Shown here: positions 24,961-38,166 of the stretch, piece after piece | Layout: each line of letters opens with the position of its first letter | How positions within the stretch are numbered: the stretch's first letter is position 1 | NCBI GenBank assembly: GCA_012026655.1 | Contig: JAAILG010001166.1 | Span: 1 to 64,000, forward strand | Direction of reading: 5' to 3' | DNA: 64,000 nucleotides | Source: Hydrolagus affinis | Lineage: Eukaryota | Translations under genes and position numbers: made by a program | Notes under the pieces: generated by a model | The model's input: only the letters and a program-made list of their open reading frames with translations | The model's database searches: none | Told to the model about the DNA's origin: nothing

Positions 24961-27900
24961 CAATACAATGGACAAATATTGTTAACAATGCTAAGAGTAA
25001 ACTACCAGCTTGTACCAGATTTACTCTATTCACCTAGCAATTCAAAGCAGACAAAATGCAGCAGATTCTATCCATTAAGCTAAGTCAAGCAAATTTGCCA
25101 CCACAGGAGTAATAGGCACTGAGAGTGCTTTACAAACCATTAGCATTAGCTTCACTGAAAAGTTCAGATGGACATGGTGTCTGAATCATGAGACTGAAGT
25201 TTCTAGTGTACCTGAACGTCATATGACCCTCAAAGAAAAATTATTGCCTTGTAACTCACTTTCTGGTATCTTTGTTTTGCACGGCAGATATCCTTTGTGT
25301 GATTATTAAGTTACTGGGAGATTGTTTCTTCCGCGAAAACACATCTGACTTTGCGCAGGATCAGGGCAGCAGCTTGCCAACTGGGTTTTAATGTTTAGAA
25401 ATACAAACTGTTTTCTTTTAACAAGAATATTTGATTTAAATTGGACTGAAACCCGAGCTGGGTTCCAACACGATTTGCATTGGTTTGGTATTTATAAACA
25501 AGCCTTTGATGAGGAAAAATCATCGCCAGCTCGTATCAACTTATTAACACTGTTGATCTTACAAATTCAATTCAGCCTTTATTCTGCTGCAATATTTACT
25601 TTTTTCTCACACTGTACTTGAAGTTGATATAGCGACTTATCACGTGATCTAAATGCCTCAAAGCGCTTCACAGAGCTTAACGTTTTGTCCACAGAGTACA
25701 CAGTCATTCTTACAGTACATTCTTTGAAGCGTTTTGAGACATCTCGAAAACGTGATATATCAAATGCAAGGATTATTATTTTTACTGTAAAATATAGCGA
25801 CTGTCGATTTGTCGCCGCACATTGCAACCAATTTGTACCCAGTAACATCCCGCAAACAGACATGAAGTGATTGATCAATTTTGTCTGCTACTTATTAGGA
25901 GTGGTCATTTGCAGTGCGTAACAAAAATAACACAACAGAAGATTGATAATATATAATCTGAAGATTGCTAGCATTCTGAAACTAATACAAACTACCCTTA
26001 TACTGACATCTTGCATGTAAGAGAGAGAATATCACAAAGATCTTTACATATGGAGTGAATAACCAAGCAGGATTGAAAGCTGGTTGCTGTGGGTATGTGT
26101 AAGAGTAAGGTGGCAGATAGGTCACTTTTTAGAACGGTTTTGAAATCTTAGTTTAAAAGAAAACATTCCTAAAATGTAAGGCGGATGGGGTTCCAGCGAG
26201 CAGGAGCGGATGCTAAAATACAGCAGTATAAGGTTATGTTTGACAGTTTACTGTGGAATACCACATTGTATGTGTTGCATATGTGTGCAGTGGTTGAGTG
26301 GGGATTAAACTTTAGGGAGGTCAGGAGAGGTCATAAATTGTAGGAACAAGAATGATACTGAATATCATGATCAGTTGCAATGGAGAGCAAGTTCCTTAAA
26401 TTTCACCGTGATATGAACAAAAATGCTTTTGTACCATTCACTAAATTATTTCAACCTCAGTAATAACTGACTTTATACCACTGTCTGTTAGATTACCCTC
26501 CGAGTATTGTATTTGTTTCAAGCAAAACATGGTAACATATTTGTGAATTTTTTTTAAATATGAGTTGACTCATTTTTACTATCTAGTTATGGAAAAGGTA
26601 ATTTCACAGGAATTCATTCATTGGGAAATTGATCGAGCTTGGCTGGCGATTGATTGTCTCTTATTCTTCACTGAGCTGATAAATCTCCCAAACAAACACT
26701 GAGTTCACAGTGGGAAAAATTCCATCATAAGGTCACACTGCTAAAATTGGTATACCCATCCAGTAAAAAATAGCCGCTGAAGCATTAATTCAGACATTTT
26801 GAAGTAGAACAGAAAGCAAATGGGATACTAATTGTACAAAGATTACAAGATAGGTTTAATTTGTTGTTAAGTATATCTTAAGCTATGACTCATATAAAAG
26901 ACCACACTGGTCAATGAGAACCTATACTCATGTTTCTGGACAAGATACTTGGATCGTAGGCCTAAAAATCCATCTAGTCTTAACCTGGAAGACAATTTTG
27001 TCCTAAAGTATACAATTGCAGAAAGAGTGTGTGGAAAATTTTGAAGTTCGGTTTAATTTAGAAGGCCATTTCATTCTTACATTTTTTTCAAAATTTTCAA
27101 TAATTATGCATAACCTTAAATTTGGAGAGAAAATCATCTCGGATTAAGACCAGATTGAATTTCAACCCCCAACAAATGTGTTAGAAAAGACAGCGAACGT
27201 TTGAATTTGTTTTTTTAAATTATTAATACCAATCCCTGCTAATATATTTCCCAGATATTTCTCAATTGCTTACTTTGATCCCCGTTGAATAATTTTACTA
27301 GAAAGCAAGAAAATGAGGTGGGCTGTGGTATGCTTCTTGCAACATTCTTGATGGCAAATTGGGAAATTTTTGTCGGCATCGATTCACATCAGGAATTTCT
27401 GACAATGTGCCTTTATTCTAGCAAAACAGCCCCCATTGTTAAATATTGCTCAAGAAGTTCTTTCATAGTTGATCTATGAATCATCATAGGATGAAACATC
27501 TCGTTTTCTCTTGGAGAAGCATTCGTTTTTTGTAAATCACATGAAGTGTTCAAATATGTCATAGTCAGCGGGTAGGTGTACAATGTCTGTTAAGGGTTTA
27601 AAGCATAAGTGGCTTAAATTGTTTTTAAAAATAATAATGAAACTTTACTGGAAACACAAACCAGGAAATAAATGTTAAGAGGAGAATAAAACTGTGCTGA
27701 TATCTGGAGAGATCTAAACTCAAATCAAGCATGGACAGAAATCAGACTGCTAGGAGCCTGCACTAGGCATAATAGAATAGTCTACTGAATACAACCAGAA
27801 CACGATTAAATGAGATTTCCATTGGAGCGATGCGATCGATCGAATGCTGTTGGAATGCAAGAGGCTGGATGAATGCATCTTATCTAGATCAAGATGTAAT

Positions 27901-30900
27901 GTGAGCACTGTCAGCTTATGAACAAACAAAATATAATCATATGGCTAAGTTTCCCCGACAATTTAAGGAGTCTACACGAATGAACATTAAATCTCCTTCT
28001 GTGCTGTGAATTTCTAGGAATCTAGGATAAATCCGTCTGAGTAATTAAAATAGCAAAAGCTTCAGAAACATTACTGGACCAACTAAGGAGTCTCTGGATC
28101 TCTGAGGCCTATAATCGACCTCATCTTATCCTGTAAGATCATTTTGTCCTAGAATTTAAGATGACACAGAGCCCTTGCCAAACATCTTAAATTTAGTCAT
28201 AATTCAGAAGCCAATTTTCTGAACTTTTCAAATGCAAACTGATATTCAAAAACATTCCAAAATTCTGCACAATTTTTAAAGCAAAATGGTCTTAACAGAC
28301 TTAAGATTAGGTAGAACTTCAGGCTTCACATGCTGTATAAATAAATCTGAGTGAATTATATCAATCTCAGCTGGTAACCTGGTATTCTATTGCTTTCAGA
28401 ACTATTCAGCCAGTAGTCCCTGTAGATACAGTCAGTCTACAATAACCCAGTTAAACTGATCTTTTCTCATACAATTGATCTCTTTGTTAATGTAATTGGA
28501 CCTTTTGTTTGTCCTGCTATATTAACACCCTTCTTCCAGGATGTTTTTACTCTGTGGTCTAGAATTCAGGAGATTAACAAGAGCCCTAATAAGAGATGTA
28601 TAAGTTTACAAAGGTTTCTATTATTCTACAGACCAGCAGGACAATAACAATTTAAGATAATCACGGGTGGTTGAATTGTAGAATCGTTTGCCGCAAACCA
28701 TTGTTGTAACTCAGTCTATAAATAATTTCAAAAGGGTAGGAGATGGTTGAAGAAGAATATTAAAGATCGCGCAATAGCGAGAAGATGATGGTTTAGACTG
28801 AATTTGATGGCCAAATGACCCATTTCTTTGCTGCAATGTTCTGTAACCTCCTATGATCATATATTAGGCAAAGATTCATTACAGTGATTCAGCTGTGAGC
28901 AATTCTAACTGCCAAGTATGTTTGCAAATACACAGTCACTATACTTAACAACAATTACCTGTAAAGTTCTTTCAGATGTTTGATACTGCTGGCATTTTAT
29001 CAAATACAATGTTTGTGATTATTACCACTGTTGTTCTTTCGACAGAAATAGATGATTTAGGAAATAGTGAGACCAGTTCAATTATTCGCTTGTTTGTAAT
29101 GGGATAATAAAAAAAGAAAAGCTGATTTCAGGTCTGTTACCGAAACATTGCATTTTCATCCCCAATTGCATCGTTTGCAGAGAATTCAGAAAAAGACGGT
29201 AAACAAGTCAAAGTTCACATTTGGGCTACACATGGTTAATTTAGTAGCTTCCCCCAAACTGCTCTCATTGCACATTTCATTGCTGAGTTTGTGGAGACAG
29301 GATGCAGAATCGAAGCCACTAGTTAACCAGGATGTTCCATTTCAACAAAAAACTCAGAAATTTGCACAGGAAAGAACACCATGTCTTCTCGCAAGGCCCA
29401 CTGAATGAATGATATTGTTTGAGCAATATTTACAGCACAAATCATTGCTTATTTTCATTGCATTGGCAGATTTGCTGGTGTTTCCTGAAGGTTTATGTTC
29501 AACTAACTCATGTTGACATGATACAAGAACAGTGTATCTATTTCATTTCTTAGAATACTGAACTACTTCCAGCCAACGCAGCTAGGAAGACCAAAACATT
29601 TGCGAAACGGCCTTTTGTTCTTTGTTCACGGCACTTTGGTTTGGGATGAATTACAGGCAAAGAAGGATTTTAACTATACAATTTATTGTGCGGTATTGAC
29701 TTGCCGTTTATAGTACACTGTTTAAATGATTAGTAATGAAAGTTCAAGTGTTTTAAGAATTCCTTTTCTCAGTAATTCCGTGTGTAAGTGGATTCGCTTC
29801 TTTTGGGAATCACACCAGCAGCCAACACTATACTGCTGTGAGCTGGCACAGACTCGAAGGGCCGAACGGCTTCCTTTTGTGCCGGAAGATTCTATGAGAT
29901 TGGTACAGTACTCGGCTGAGAGTATGAAGATAATTTGTGCAATGGGGGATATCTGCAGTAATTAATTCACACAAATATGAATAATACTTAGTATTATTAT
30001 CTCCACATTCGATGCAGCGGCATTGATGTCAGGAGGGCATCTCAAAGGGCGTATCTCGGGATTTCATTGTAAAGTGTAGTGACTGTGTATTTGGTTGGCA
30101 AATGTGAATGATAAATGAACTAAGTTAGAGGACAAGGACTCCCTTCCATATCAAATGTGGAATACTGGAGTATGTGGAAAATGTAGGGGAATGAGAAGAG
30201 AGCTATAGTTCTAGTTGGAGGACAAACACCAGCACTGGGGCCATGAGCCAATGGTTTGCTTCTGCCCTGGATTCATTCTATGATTTCCTTGCTGTCCGTG
30301 AAGATTATTTCATGGGCCAAATACATGAACTTGGTAACCTCGGGTGCCAATGTTTGGACAATCCTACACCAGGGGGGATTCCGATGGAAGGCAATTTAAT
30401 GACGAAACTGCTTTGGCTAGCGCGCTTTATTTATGCCTTTGCTGCAACATTGGCAACCAAACATGTGGCTTTCTTCACTACCTTGTGTGTCTGCTCCACA
30501 GAAGAATGCACAGAGGGTGCGTACCATTCCAAACCTCATACCAGCAACCAGCAGAGAATGGAAAATTCACACTAATCCAGTCACTTGCTCCCATCCTGTT
30601 CCTTTGCTTAATGTATCGCCCGCTAGGCCACACGTTCAAGCGAAAGACCTTCATAATTCACACTTTGTAGGTATATTCCATTCTGGTTCGTACATTCACA
30701 AAGTTATTTTTAAAAAATATACAGAACAGGGTTCCGTCCTGTACTCATTGCCAAAATCAGTGGAGAAGGTTTCCATTTGGTCTTTGTAAAGTAATGGTTG
30801 CCCTTCTGGGGAAACAGCAAATTGAGTAGAGAATCTTATTTGGCGTTTGTGGAGCAAGTGGGGCAAGAAGAAAGATGAAGACAAGAGCTATTCAGGAGAG

Positions 30901-31424
30901 AATAGGCCCGTCCAACAAGACAAGACTTGAAGACACTGTTTGTGAGGTGTTGAAAATAACAAATTTATCACTTTCACAAATTGAAGGGTATGGTCCAGTA
31001 TGGACCAGTTCATTGATGTGAAGAAGCAACAAAATGTGAGTGAGGACAGGCTCATGCCAAATCACTGACTTAATGGAAAAGAGTCATCAGAGGATATGCC
31101 GCTAACTGTAGCACAGATAGAGCGATTTCAAGGGAAAAAATGTAGCCGTGGAGCTAAAGAAAATGATAACTTGCTTTAGAGGGGCATGATACCTTTCACT
31201 CACAAAAATTTTGGAGACAGAGAAAGCTTTTGTTGGCAGTTGAATTTGAACACAACATTCACGGCACCATCTCGATCAAGTGATCATAGAGTTGTTATGA
31301 AATCCGTGTCCAAGCTTGATCTAAATGTTGGGATGAGCTGCTGCACCACCACAGGAAACCTGCTCTAATCTGTATGGATTTATGCACAGTTGTCTGTAGG
31401 TCATGGTTACTGTATGAAATGGCT

Positions 31425-31678
31425 TTTGTAGCTCAGTGGTTCGAAGGGCGAAACCTTGGGCAAGTTTCTTTACTCCACATGCCTGATAATAAGCCCTCAA
31501 AAAAAATGGTTCGTTTCAATATACAATTGTTTGTTGGACACTGCTGTGTACAATTAGCTGCCACATTTCGCCCACAAAATATACAGTCAATTCACTTTAC
31601 AGTATATTCTGCGAAGCGCTTTGAGGTGTCTCAAAGATGATAAGGCACTATATCAAATGCAAGGATTATTATTATTAA
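31425..31678 (+). mobile_element. SINE, short form, head partly deleted
   Basis: TGTAGCTCAGTGGTTCGA box A/box B fusion, core and tail. Confidence 0.87.
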
Positions 31679-31799
31679 TGGGATATTATTAGCAAATTAT
31701 TTCAAGGTGAATACTTACACAGCATTGTTAAACGACACCTGGTTAATTGTTTGTCCATTGGCTTTGAAACCTTAATTAACCTTATTAATTGGGCTAGGT

Positions 31800-31843
31800 C
31801 AACAGAGGGTGAATAGAGAGGCAACAGAGGGTGAATAGAGAGG
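31800..31843. repeat. Perfect 22-bp tandem duplication
   Basis: CAACAGAGGGTGAATAGAGAGG x2. Confidence 0.97.
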
Positions 31844-33029
31844 CAGCTCGGGTGATTGTTTCTCATCGCACAGCTACCATCACCAACTGTCTGTCTCATG
31901 CAATAATCCGTTTGAAAAGCAATGGCAATCTTGTCAGCGTCTGCGGCTTTTGCTCATCAAATTCAAACGTTTGCAAATAGCTTGTGGTTTTCAATGACCG
32001 TACAATGACTGTCCAGCATCTTGTGACGTCCCCCAGATGTGAAAGATGCTATACAAGTCTAATTTTCTTGTGGCTGTTGCTGTTCTCAGCTGGAGGGGGA
32101 AATCACTGAGCAGCGTCCCGAAAACTAGAGGCAAACAACCAATTAATCTGGGGGTTGTTGGGCCAAGAATAAAATCTCTATCCTTTGTAATAGCAATTCC
32201 AGGCCTTTTATCGTCCATTCGAGCGTGCAGATGAGGCTGGGGTTTCCATACATTTCACCTGAAAAGCAATACCTGTGAAAATGCATCACTACTCCCCTAG
32301 CATCACAGGAGCCTTGCAGGTTATGAAAGAGCGTGCATCTGATAACCTCGGGCTGTTGCTAGGAGATGACAGAAGATCGTCTTTCAAAGCGCGAGACATA
32401 AATTTCACGTGGTTTATTGCTTTGATCACTATATCAAGAAAGGCAGCACTTAAAGAACCAATGGAGAAAAACTAGTGGAGCACGGGTATAAATCGTAAGA
32501 ATTCAATAGATGACAAGACTGCCAATAACGCTGGTTAGCAGGCCTATAAAAAGCTAATCTGACTTTTTTCTTCAATCTGTGTCGGAATGGTTCAAAGTGG
32601 TAGCAGTTGGAGCTTGGTTGCTCGCATGCAGTAACTCAAATTGCAGGACTAACTATGACTCATTGAAGAATGTCGGTGCCTCTGCAGACTTAATTAATCT
32701 TTCTCCTAATCAAACTTATTCTGATTTATTGTCTAAGTTTGAACTAGGGTTGTCAGAGCTGTTTCAGTGGAGAGGAAACCCTCCCCTATTTCTAAGGCTA
32801 GAGCCTCCAGGGTATTCACGAGGCATGTATCCGCCTAACAGAAAAATTCTGTTGGACCACACAAATTAAAAATGGAAAACAAGTTACAAAACATCATTTA
32901 CATCTTATATCACACCCAAACATCTCAGTGTGCAGTTTTTATGTAAGCACAAATAGGACTAGCAACATTCAGCAAATGAGTTGAATGACCAATTAATTTT
33001 TGTTTCTGGTGAATGTGGATGAGGATCAA

Positions 33030-33165
33030 ATTAACCTGGAGAAAGAAGTCCATGCTTCTTCTTCTTAGAATGGTGCCATGGCATCTTTGATGTACACGTA
33101 GAGTTGAGAGAGACTTTTCAGTTTCATGTCTCACCTGAAAGATGGCATTTCCAACAGAGCAGCAA
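33030..33165 (-). mobile_element. Deu-domain SINE fragment
   Basis: Reverse reads GCCATCTTTCAGGTGAGACATG..AAAGATGCCATGGCACCATTCTAAGAAGAAG. Similar relics occur at ~15040-15190, 32180-32310, 39865-39960 and 56600-56780. Confidence 0.7.
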
Positions 33166-33249
33166 TGGAGTTGAAGTAGAGATCAGCCGTAATCTCATAG
33201 AATTGTACAACGAGACAAGGAGCTGAATGACCTGCTCCTGTTCCTATGT

Positions 33250-33440
33250 CAATAATAATAATAATAATAATAATCCTTGCATTTGATATACAGCCTTATC
33301 ACAGCTTTGAGACATCTCAAAGTATTTCACATAATATACTGTAAAATGAATTGACTGTATATTCTTTGGGTGAAAGTGGCACACAATCATACAACAGTGT
33401 CCCACAAACAAACATAGATTGAAGTGACCAATTTATTATT
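33250..33440 (-). mobile_element. SINE 3' half
   Basis: (AAT)n plus reverse tail. Confidence 0.85.
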
Positions 33441-33443
33441 GCA

Positions 33444-33505
33444 GAGCTGCTTTCATTTTGTTCTGCACCTTGATGAGCTGCTTTCATTTTGTTCTGCACC
33501 TTGAT
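33444..33505. repeat. Perfect 31-bp tandem duplication
   Basis: GAGCTGCTTTCATTTTGTTCTGCACCTTGAT x2. Confidence 0.97.
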
Positions 33506-34179
33506 GTCAACTGAACACGAATCCTAGTGTGGAGTTCGAATTTTAAACCTTCATAGTTGAGAAGCAGGATTACAGCCCAGTGAGACAAAGTAACACAGAG
33601 CAATAGTTTGAACACTATTCAGAAGGACTTGTTTTAAAATAACTTCTCCAGATAAGTTATGCAAGGGAAGCCCGAGACATCATTGCAATTTCTATCCCTT
33701 CACACCCACAGCAGCTTTGCATCATTGCCGACACATGTCTGAATGGGGGAAATAATCTATCTTTCCTTCGTTTTCAGCAACATTTGGAAAATAGTTCCTT
33801 CATTTATGTAACCGCCCGGGAAAATTATTTTGGGATACATGTGTGCAGCTATAAATCCCAGAGGCTTTGGTATGCCATTTTCATGAACTGGTTCCAGAAA
33901 ATAAACTTAGCAGAATTGAAAATTGATCCCTCGGGGGTAAGCCAGTAAATAGATCAGAGCTGAATAAAATCTCAATCCAAATACGCGCCATACGTACATT
34001 GCAGATTTGGTAAAAAAAAAAAAATATCGGTCCCGGTTTTCAGGAATTTGTAATGAATTCGATGAATTGCGCCGTCATTTTTTGGTGGAATCTTTTGGGA
34101 TTGACAAAGGTACAGATTAATCTTTGAGCGACAAATGTTGAGTTGCGCTTCCTGCCCACTCACTCCACTCAACATTGTG

Positions 34180-34510
34180 GGGTTCACTTGCCTCGCAAGT
34201 GAGAGACCTGGCTGGGTTCGACTCCCGGCATGGCGAAAAGCTTCCTTCCCCCACACATCTCTTGCAGTAAGTAGAAACCCAGTTGTTAGTCGATTGGTGG
34301 ATCAGTTTTCTGGGGGTAATAATTCCTTTTATAATAAAAAATAATAAATTGTCTACTCAACCCATGACTGGGACACTGCTGTACAGCTGCCACATATCGC
34401 CTACAAAATATAGTCAATTCACTTTACAGTGTATTCTGTGAAGCACTTTGAGAAGTCTTGAAGACGTGATAAGGAGCCATATCAAATGCAAAGATTATTA
34501 TTATATTATA
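34180..34510 (+). mobile_element. SINE, long form
   Basis: tRNA remnant with GGTTCGACTCC, long segment and tail. Confidence 0.85.
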
Positions 34511-35017
34511 TGTATTCACAGGGAGAAAGTGCTGAATTCATGCAAATGGATCTGGGAGAAGGGCAAATGGGTCTGGGACTGAAATAATTTCTCTTTTAGA
34601 CAGCCAGCACAGAACCAATGGGCTGAGAGGCCTTCTTCTGTGCTGTATATTTCCATGGCTCTAAATATGTTAGTGTAAGCAAGTCAGTGCATTGTTTTTT
34701 TAAAAAAATATTCAACTAATTTCCTTCAGTCCCCATCTCTGCACTAAGGTCGTGGAAAAAAAGCACTCATTGCCTCACATTATCTCTTCATTATTTTCTT
34801 TAGCCTTGACTGGCAGGGCTTGGGATGCCTCTGTTATAATGGTGCTAGTTCCTCATTCACCAACCAGACGTTAAAATTAAATTACCCACGTTGCTTCCAA
34901 ATTATGTTTGAATTTAGGAATTTTCAATGATTCTATGTGTAGAACTTTGTGCTCACAGTCTACCAGGGTGGGGAAAGCCTTTTGGCTGCTGAGGGCCAGA
35001 TGCTTTATTTGATAAAT

Positions 35018-35485
35018 ATGTGTGTGTGTGTGTGTTTCTCTCTCTCCTTTGTATGTATGTCTATGTGTCTATGAGTGTCTCCATGTCTCTCTCCTTTGTG
35101 AGTGTGTGTCTCTCTCTATGTTTAAGAGTGTGTGTCTTTCTGCAAGTGCGTGTCTTTCTGCCTGTGAGTGTATCTCTGTGTCTGTGAGTGTGGGTGCGTC
35201 TGTGAATGTGTCTCTCGCTGTGTCTGCGAGTGTGTGTCCCTGCCTGTGAGAGTGTCTCTCTCTGTGTCTGTCAATCTTTGTCTGTGTGTGTATTTCTCTC
35301 TGTTTCTGTGAGTGTGTCTATTTCTGCGAGCGCCCCTGTGAGTATCTGTGAGCGTGCGCCTTTCTGTGTCTGTGAGTGTGTTTCTCTCTGTTTCTGAGAG
35401 TGTGTCTCTGTGTGTGGATCTTTGAGTGTGTCTCTGTGTGTGTGTGTGTCTCTATGTGTCTGTGATTGTGTATCTCTCTCTGTTG
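35018..35485. repeat. Degenerate (TG)/(TC) low-complexity array
   Basis: About 470 bp of mixed TGTGTC/TCTCTG/TGTGAG units; a (CA)n microsatellite follows at 35572-35613. Confidence 0.95.
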
Positions 35486-36744
35486 CTATGCGTTGGTGGC
35501 CCTGAGGTAGCGACCTTGGCTGCTTGGCAGATCTCCAGGCGCAGGGCGCATTTGACCCTTTGCTGGTGTTTACACACACACACACACACAAACCACACAC
35601 ACACACACACACATTTGTTTCCCTAATCCCCTCCCATCTCTCCACCCTCCCCAATCCTGACCCCAACTCGGGTCTGAAACATTGACTATCGAATGCCTTG
35701 GGCACATCCTCCCGATGTGAAAAGCTCTGTACAAATGTCATTTTTGTGGTTGGTGGTCGTGTTGTTCACAGTAAATCCTATGAAGTGCTTGAGATGCTTC
35801 AATAACACGATACGCCGTCTATCAAATGCAAGGACTGTTGTTCTTTTTAATCTCAGGGTTTAAAACAAAATGGTGTTGCAGTCTATGACAGCTGGAAAGT
35901 CTGACCTTAGCTGCCTCAAGAGTTCCTAGTTATCCAATGCGAAGGATGTTATATAAATACAAGTTGTTGTTATCTGAAACCTCAACATCGTCAGTATGAT
36001 TATCAACCATTTCAATGCGTTGGAAATTCACCTCTCAAGATACCCTTTTTCTTTGGTTCCATAATATTTGATCACGTGCAGAAGATGCGTGTTGTCAAAG
36101 TAACCTGATATGTTTACCATCGATATCGACCAATGCAAAAAATAGCAAATGACCTACCTGAAAGGCTTCAGGGATGCAGTGAAGGCAAAACCAATTACAG
36201 TATAATGCTTGGCAATTCATTTAATAGTCAAAGGATATTTTAATCCTTTGAGTGCTGGTGTCAGGGTCATTCATTAGAAGCTCCCATTGCTTGGCTTTCG
36301 CTCCTGTTTCACTTGATCCCATCACATTTGTGACATGTGCGTGTCACTTTGAGCATCTAGACTTTTACTTGTGCGGGATATGCGGCCCATGGATGAAAAA
36401 AATATAGTTTTTCGCATCCAAGATGGAAGCAAGGGGATGGGAGAAAAAAAGTGCTCAGATTTTTTTAAAAAAAATGTTGGTGAGTAAATACGAGTATAAT
36501 TTGAGCTAATAAAGTTTATATCTGATGCAAGATCTGCCTGTGTGGATGTTGGGTGATGACGGACATGGGCTTTGGTATAATGCACCCTGCTGTTTTATTG
36601 TTTGGCTGCCACTCGCTGCCTCCTTTCCTCATAAGGAAGAATTGTCCAGTTGAGGGAGATACAGGAGGCCTTTCAGTTCCCATGGTGTCATATCACTGCA
36701 TGCGTTATTGTCTTCAGTAGGAATGCAAGCCTCGTGGAAGTGTT

Positions 36745-36745
<1 letters not shown>

Positions 36746-36776
<31 letters not shown>
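36746..36776. repeat. (GT)n microsatellite followed by G-runs
   Basis: Direct reading. Confidence 0.95.
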
Positions 36777-36777
<1 letters not shown>

Positions 36778-37269
36778 TTGGGGGGGTGGGGGTTGGATGG
36801 GGTTGAGAAACAAGCAGGCAAGGATATTTCTAGGTGCGCAATACTGAACTGACGAATGTGTGATATACAGTATACCCAACAAAGCGTTGGTGCCAGTAAT
36901 TTAGCATGACAAGCCTACGGCTGCCAGCTCTTCCAAGAAAAAACTCAGTCAGCTGAGCTCAATTATTCCTGGAAATATGCAGCCAGTCACCTTCTATGAA
37001 ATGCAGCAAATCGACAAAGCAGCCCAAAGAGAAAGGGTGTATTATCATGACACAAAACCGAGGGGGCTATTTGGACTTCTCCATTTTAACATGTGATCAT
37101 GGAATCTGCTTCGTTTAAGTTTCACCGTGTTACTTTTTCATGCAGAAACTGGCAAGATGCCTATTTCTTCTCCTCCTAACTAAAGCAATTTGGTGCGCTG
37201 CGTTTTGCTTCCCCTCCCTTCTACTGGGGCTACACCCTCCAGTCCTTTGATTGATCTCAGGATCATTCG

Positions 37270-38166
37270 CTGCTCCCTTAAAACTGCTGTCATGAACCCC
37301 CCCACTCCTTAAAAAACCTACCCTAGATCTCTCAAACCCTAGCCACCATCGCACTATCTCAAGCCTGCCCTTCATTGCTAAAGTTTTAGAACGCGTTGTT
37401 GCCAACCAACTTTGCGCACACCTCTCCTTCCATTCCCTTTTTGAACCCCTCCAGTCAGGTTTCTGGCCTGCTCACAGTACAGAGACTGTGCTTATGAAAG
37501 TCACAAACGATATCCTCTCTATCTGTGACCAGGGCTCCCACTTTCTCCTTGTCCACCTGGACCTCTCCACCATCTTTGACACAGTCAATCATGCCATCTT
37601 CTTCCACTGCCTAGCCTCCGTCATCCACCTCAGTGGGACCGCACTCTCCTGGTTCGAGTCCCACCGCACTAACCGCCAGCAGTACATCTCTACTAATGAC
37701 TTTTCCTCTCCCTTTCACTCGGTTACCTGCAGGGTATCCCAAGGATCGAACCTTGGCCCCCTTCTTTTCCTTATCTACATGCTCCCTCTTGGTGATGTCA
37801 AAAGGCAGACATGAGGTACACTTCCACATGTATGTGGATGACACCCAACTCTACTTTTCCTCTTCAATTTGTAACCTCCAGTCCTCTATGTTCTGTCAGC
37901 CTGCCTGTCAGACATCAAGAGCTGGATGAGTGCAAATTTCTTTCAGCCACTGTGCCCCAAGGCTCTGGAACTCCCTTCCTCACTCCCTTCGCCTCGCGCC
38001 TCCTTTTCTATTTTCGGGTCATGCCTAAAGACTTTTGTTTTCGACCCCGCTTTTGGTAACCTTTTTCCTCCTCCCCCTGGCTTGGTCCCAGGATTCATTA
38101 TTTTGAAGCGCTCTGAGACGCTGTGCAGCGTGGAGGACGCTATATAAATCCAAGTTGTTGTTGTTG
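37270..38166 (+). mobile_element. L2-clade LINE fragment (RT) with internal deletion
   Basis: KVTNDIL, LDLSTIFDTVNH, VSQGSNLGPLLFLIY and FHMYVDDTQLY motifs. Jumps at ~37947 to the extreme C-terminus and ends in a stem-loop plus (TTG)n. Confidence 0.93.

Noticed and set aside
29181-29198. 18-nt phase-1 micro-exon candidate (cag|AGAATTCAGAAAAAGACG|gtaaac)
   Set aside because: It is compatible with the 6468 donor, but no further plus-strand exons build a recognisable protein; such matches arise by chance.
30243-30789. Three overlapping ~110-aa ORFs
   Set aside because: The first starts in a CR1 tail; there are no motifs or exon boundaries, so these are likely chance frames.
32579-32610. EWFKV resembling NUDT3 REWFKI
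   Set aside because: Similarity stops after five residues and there is no AG acceptor.
35022-35741. Cys/Val/Ser-rich ORFs
   Set aside because: These are translations of a dinucleotide low-complexity array.
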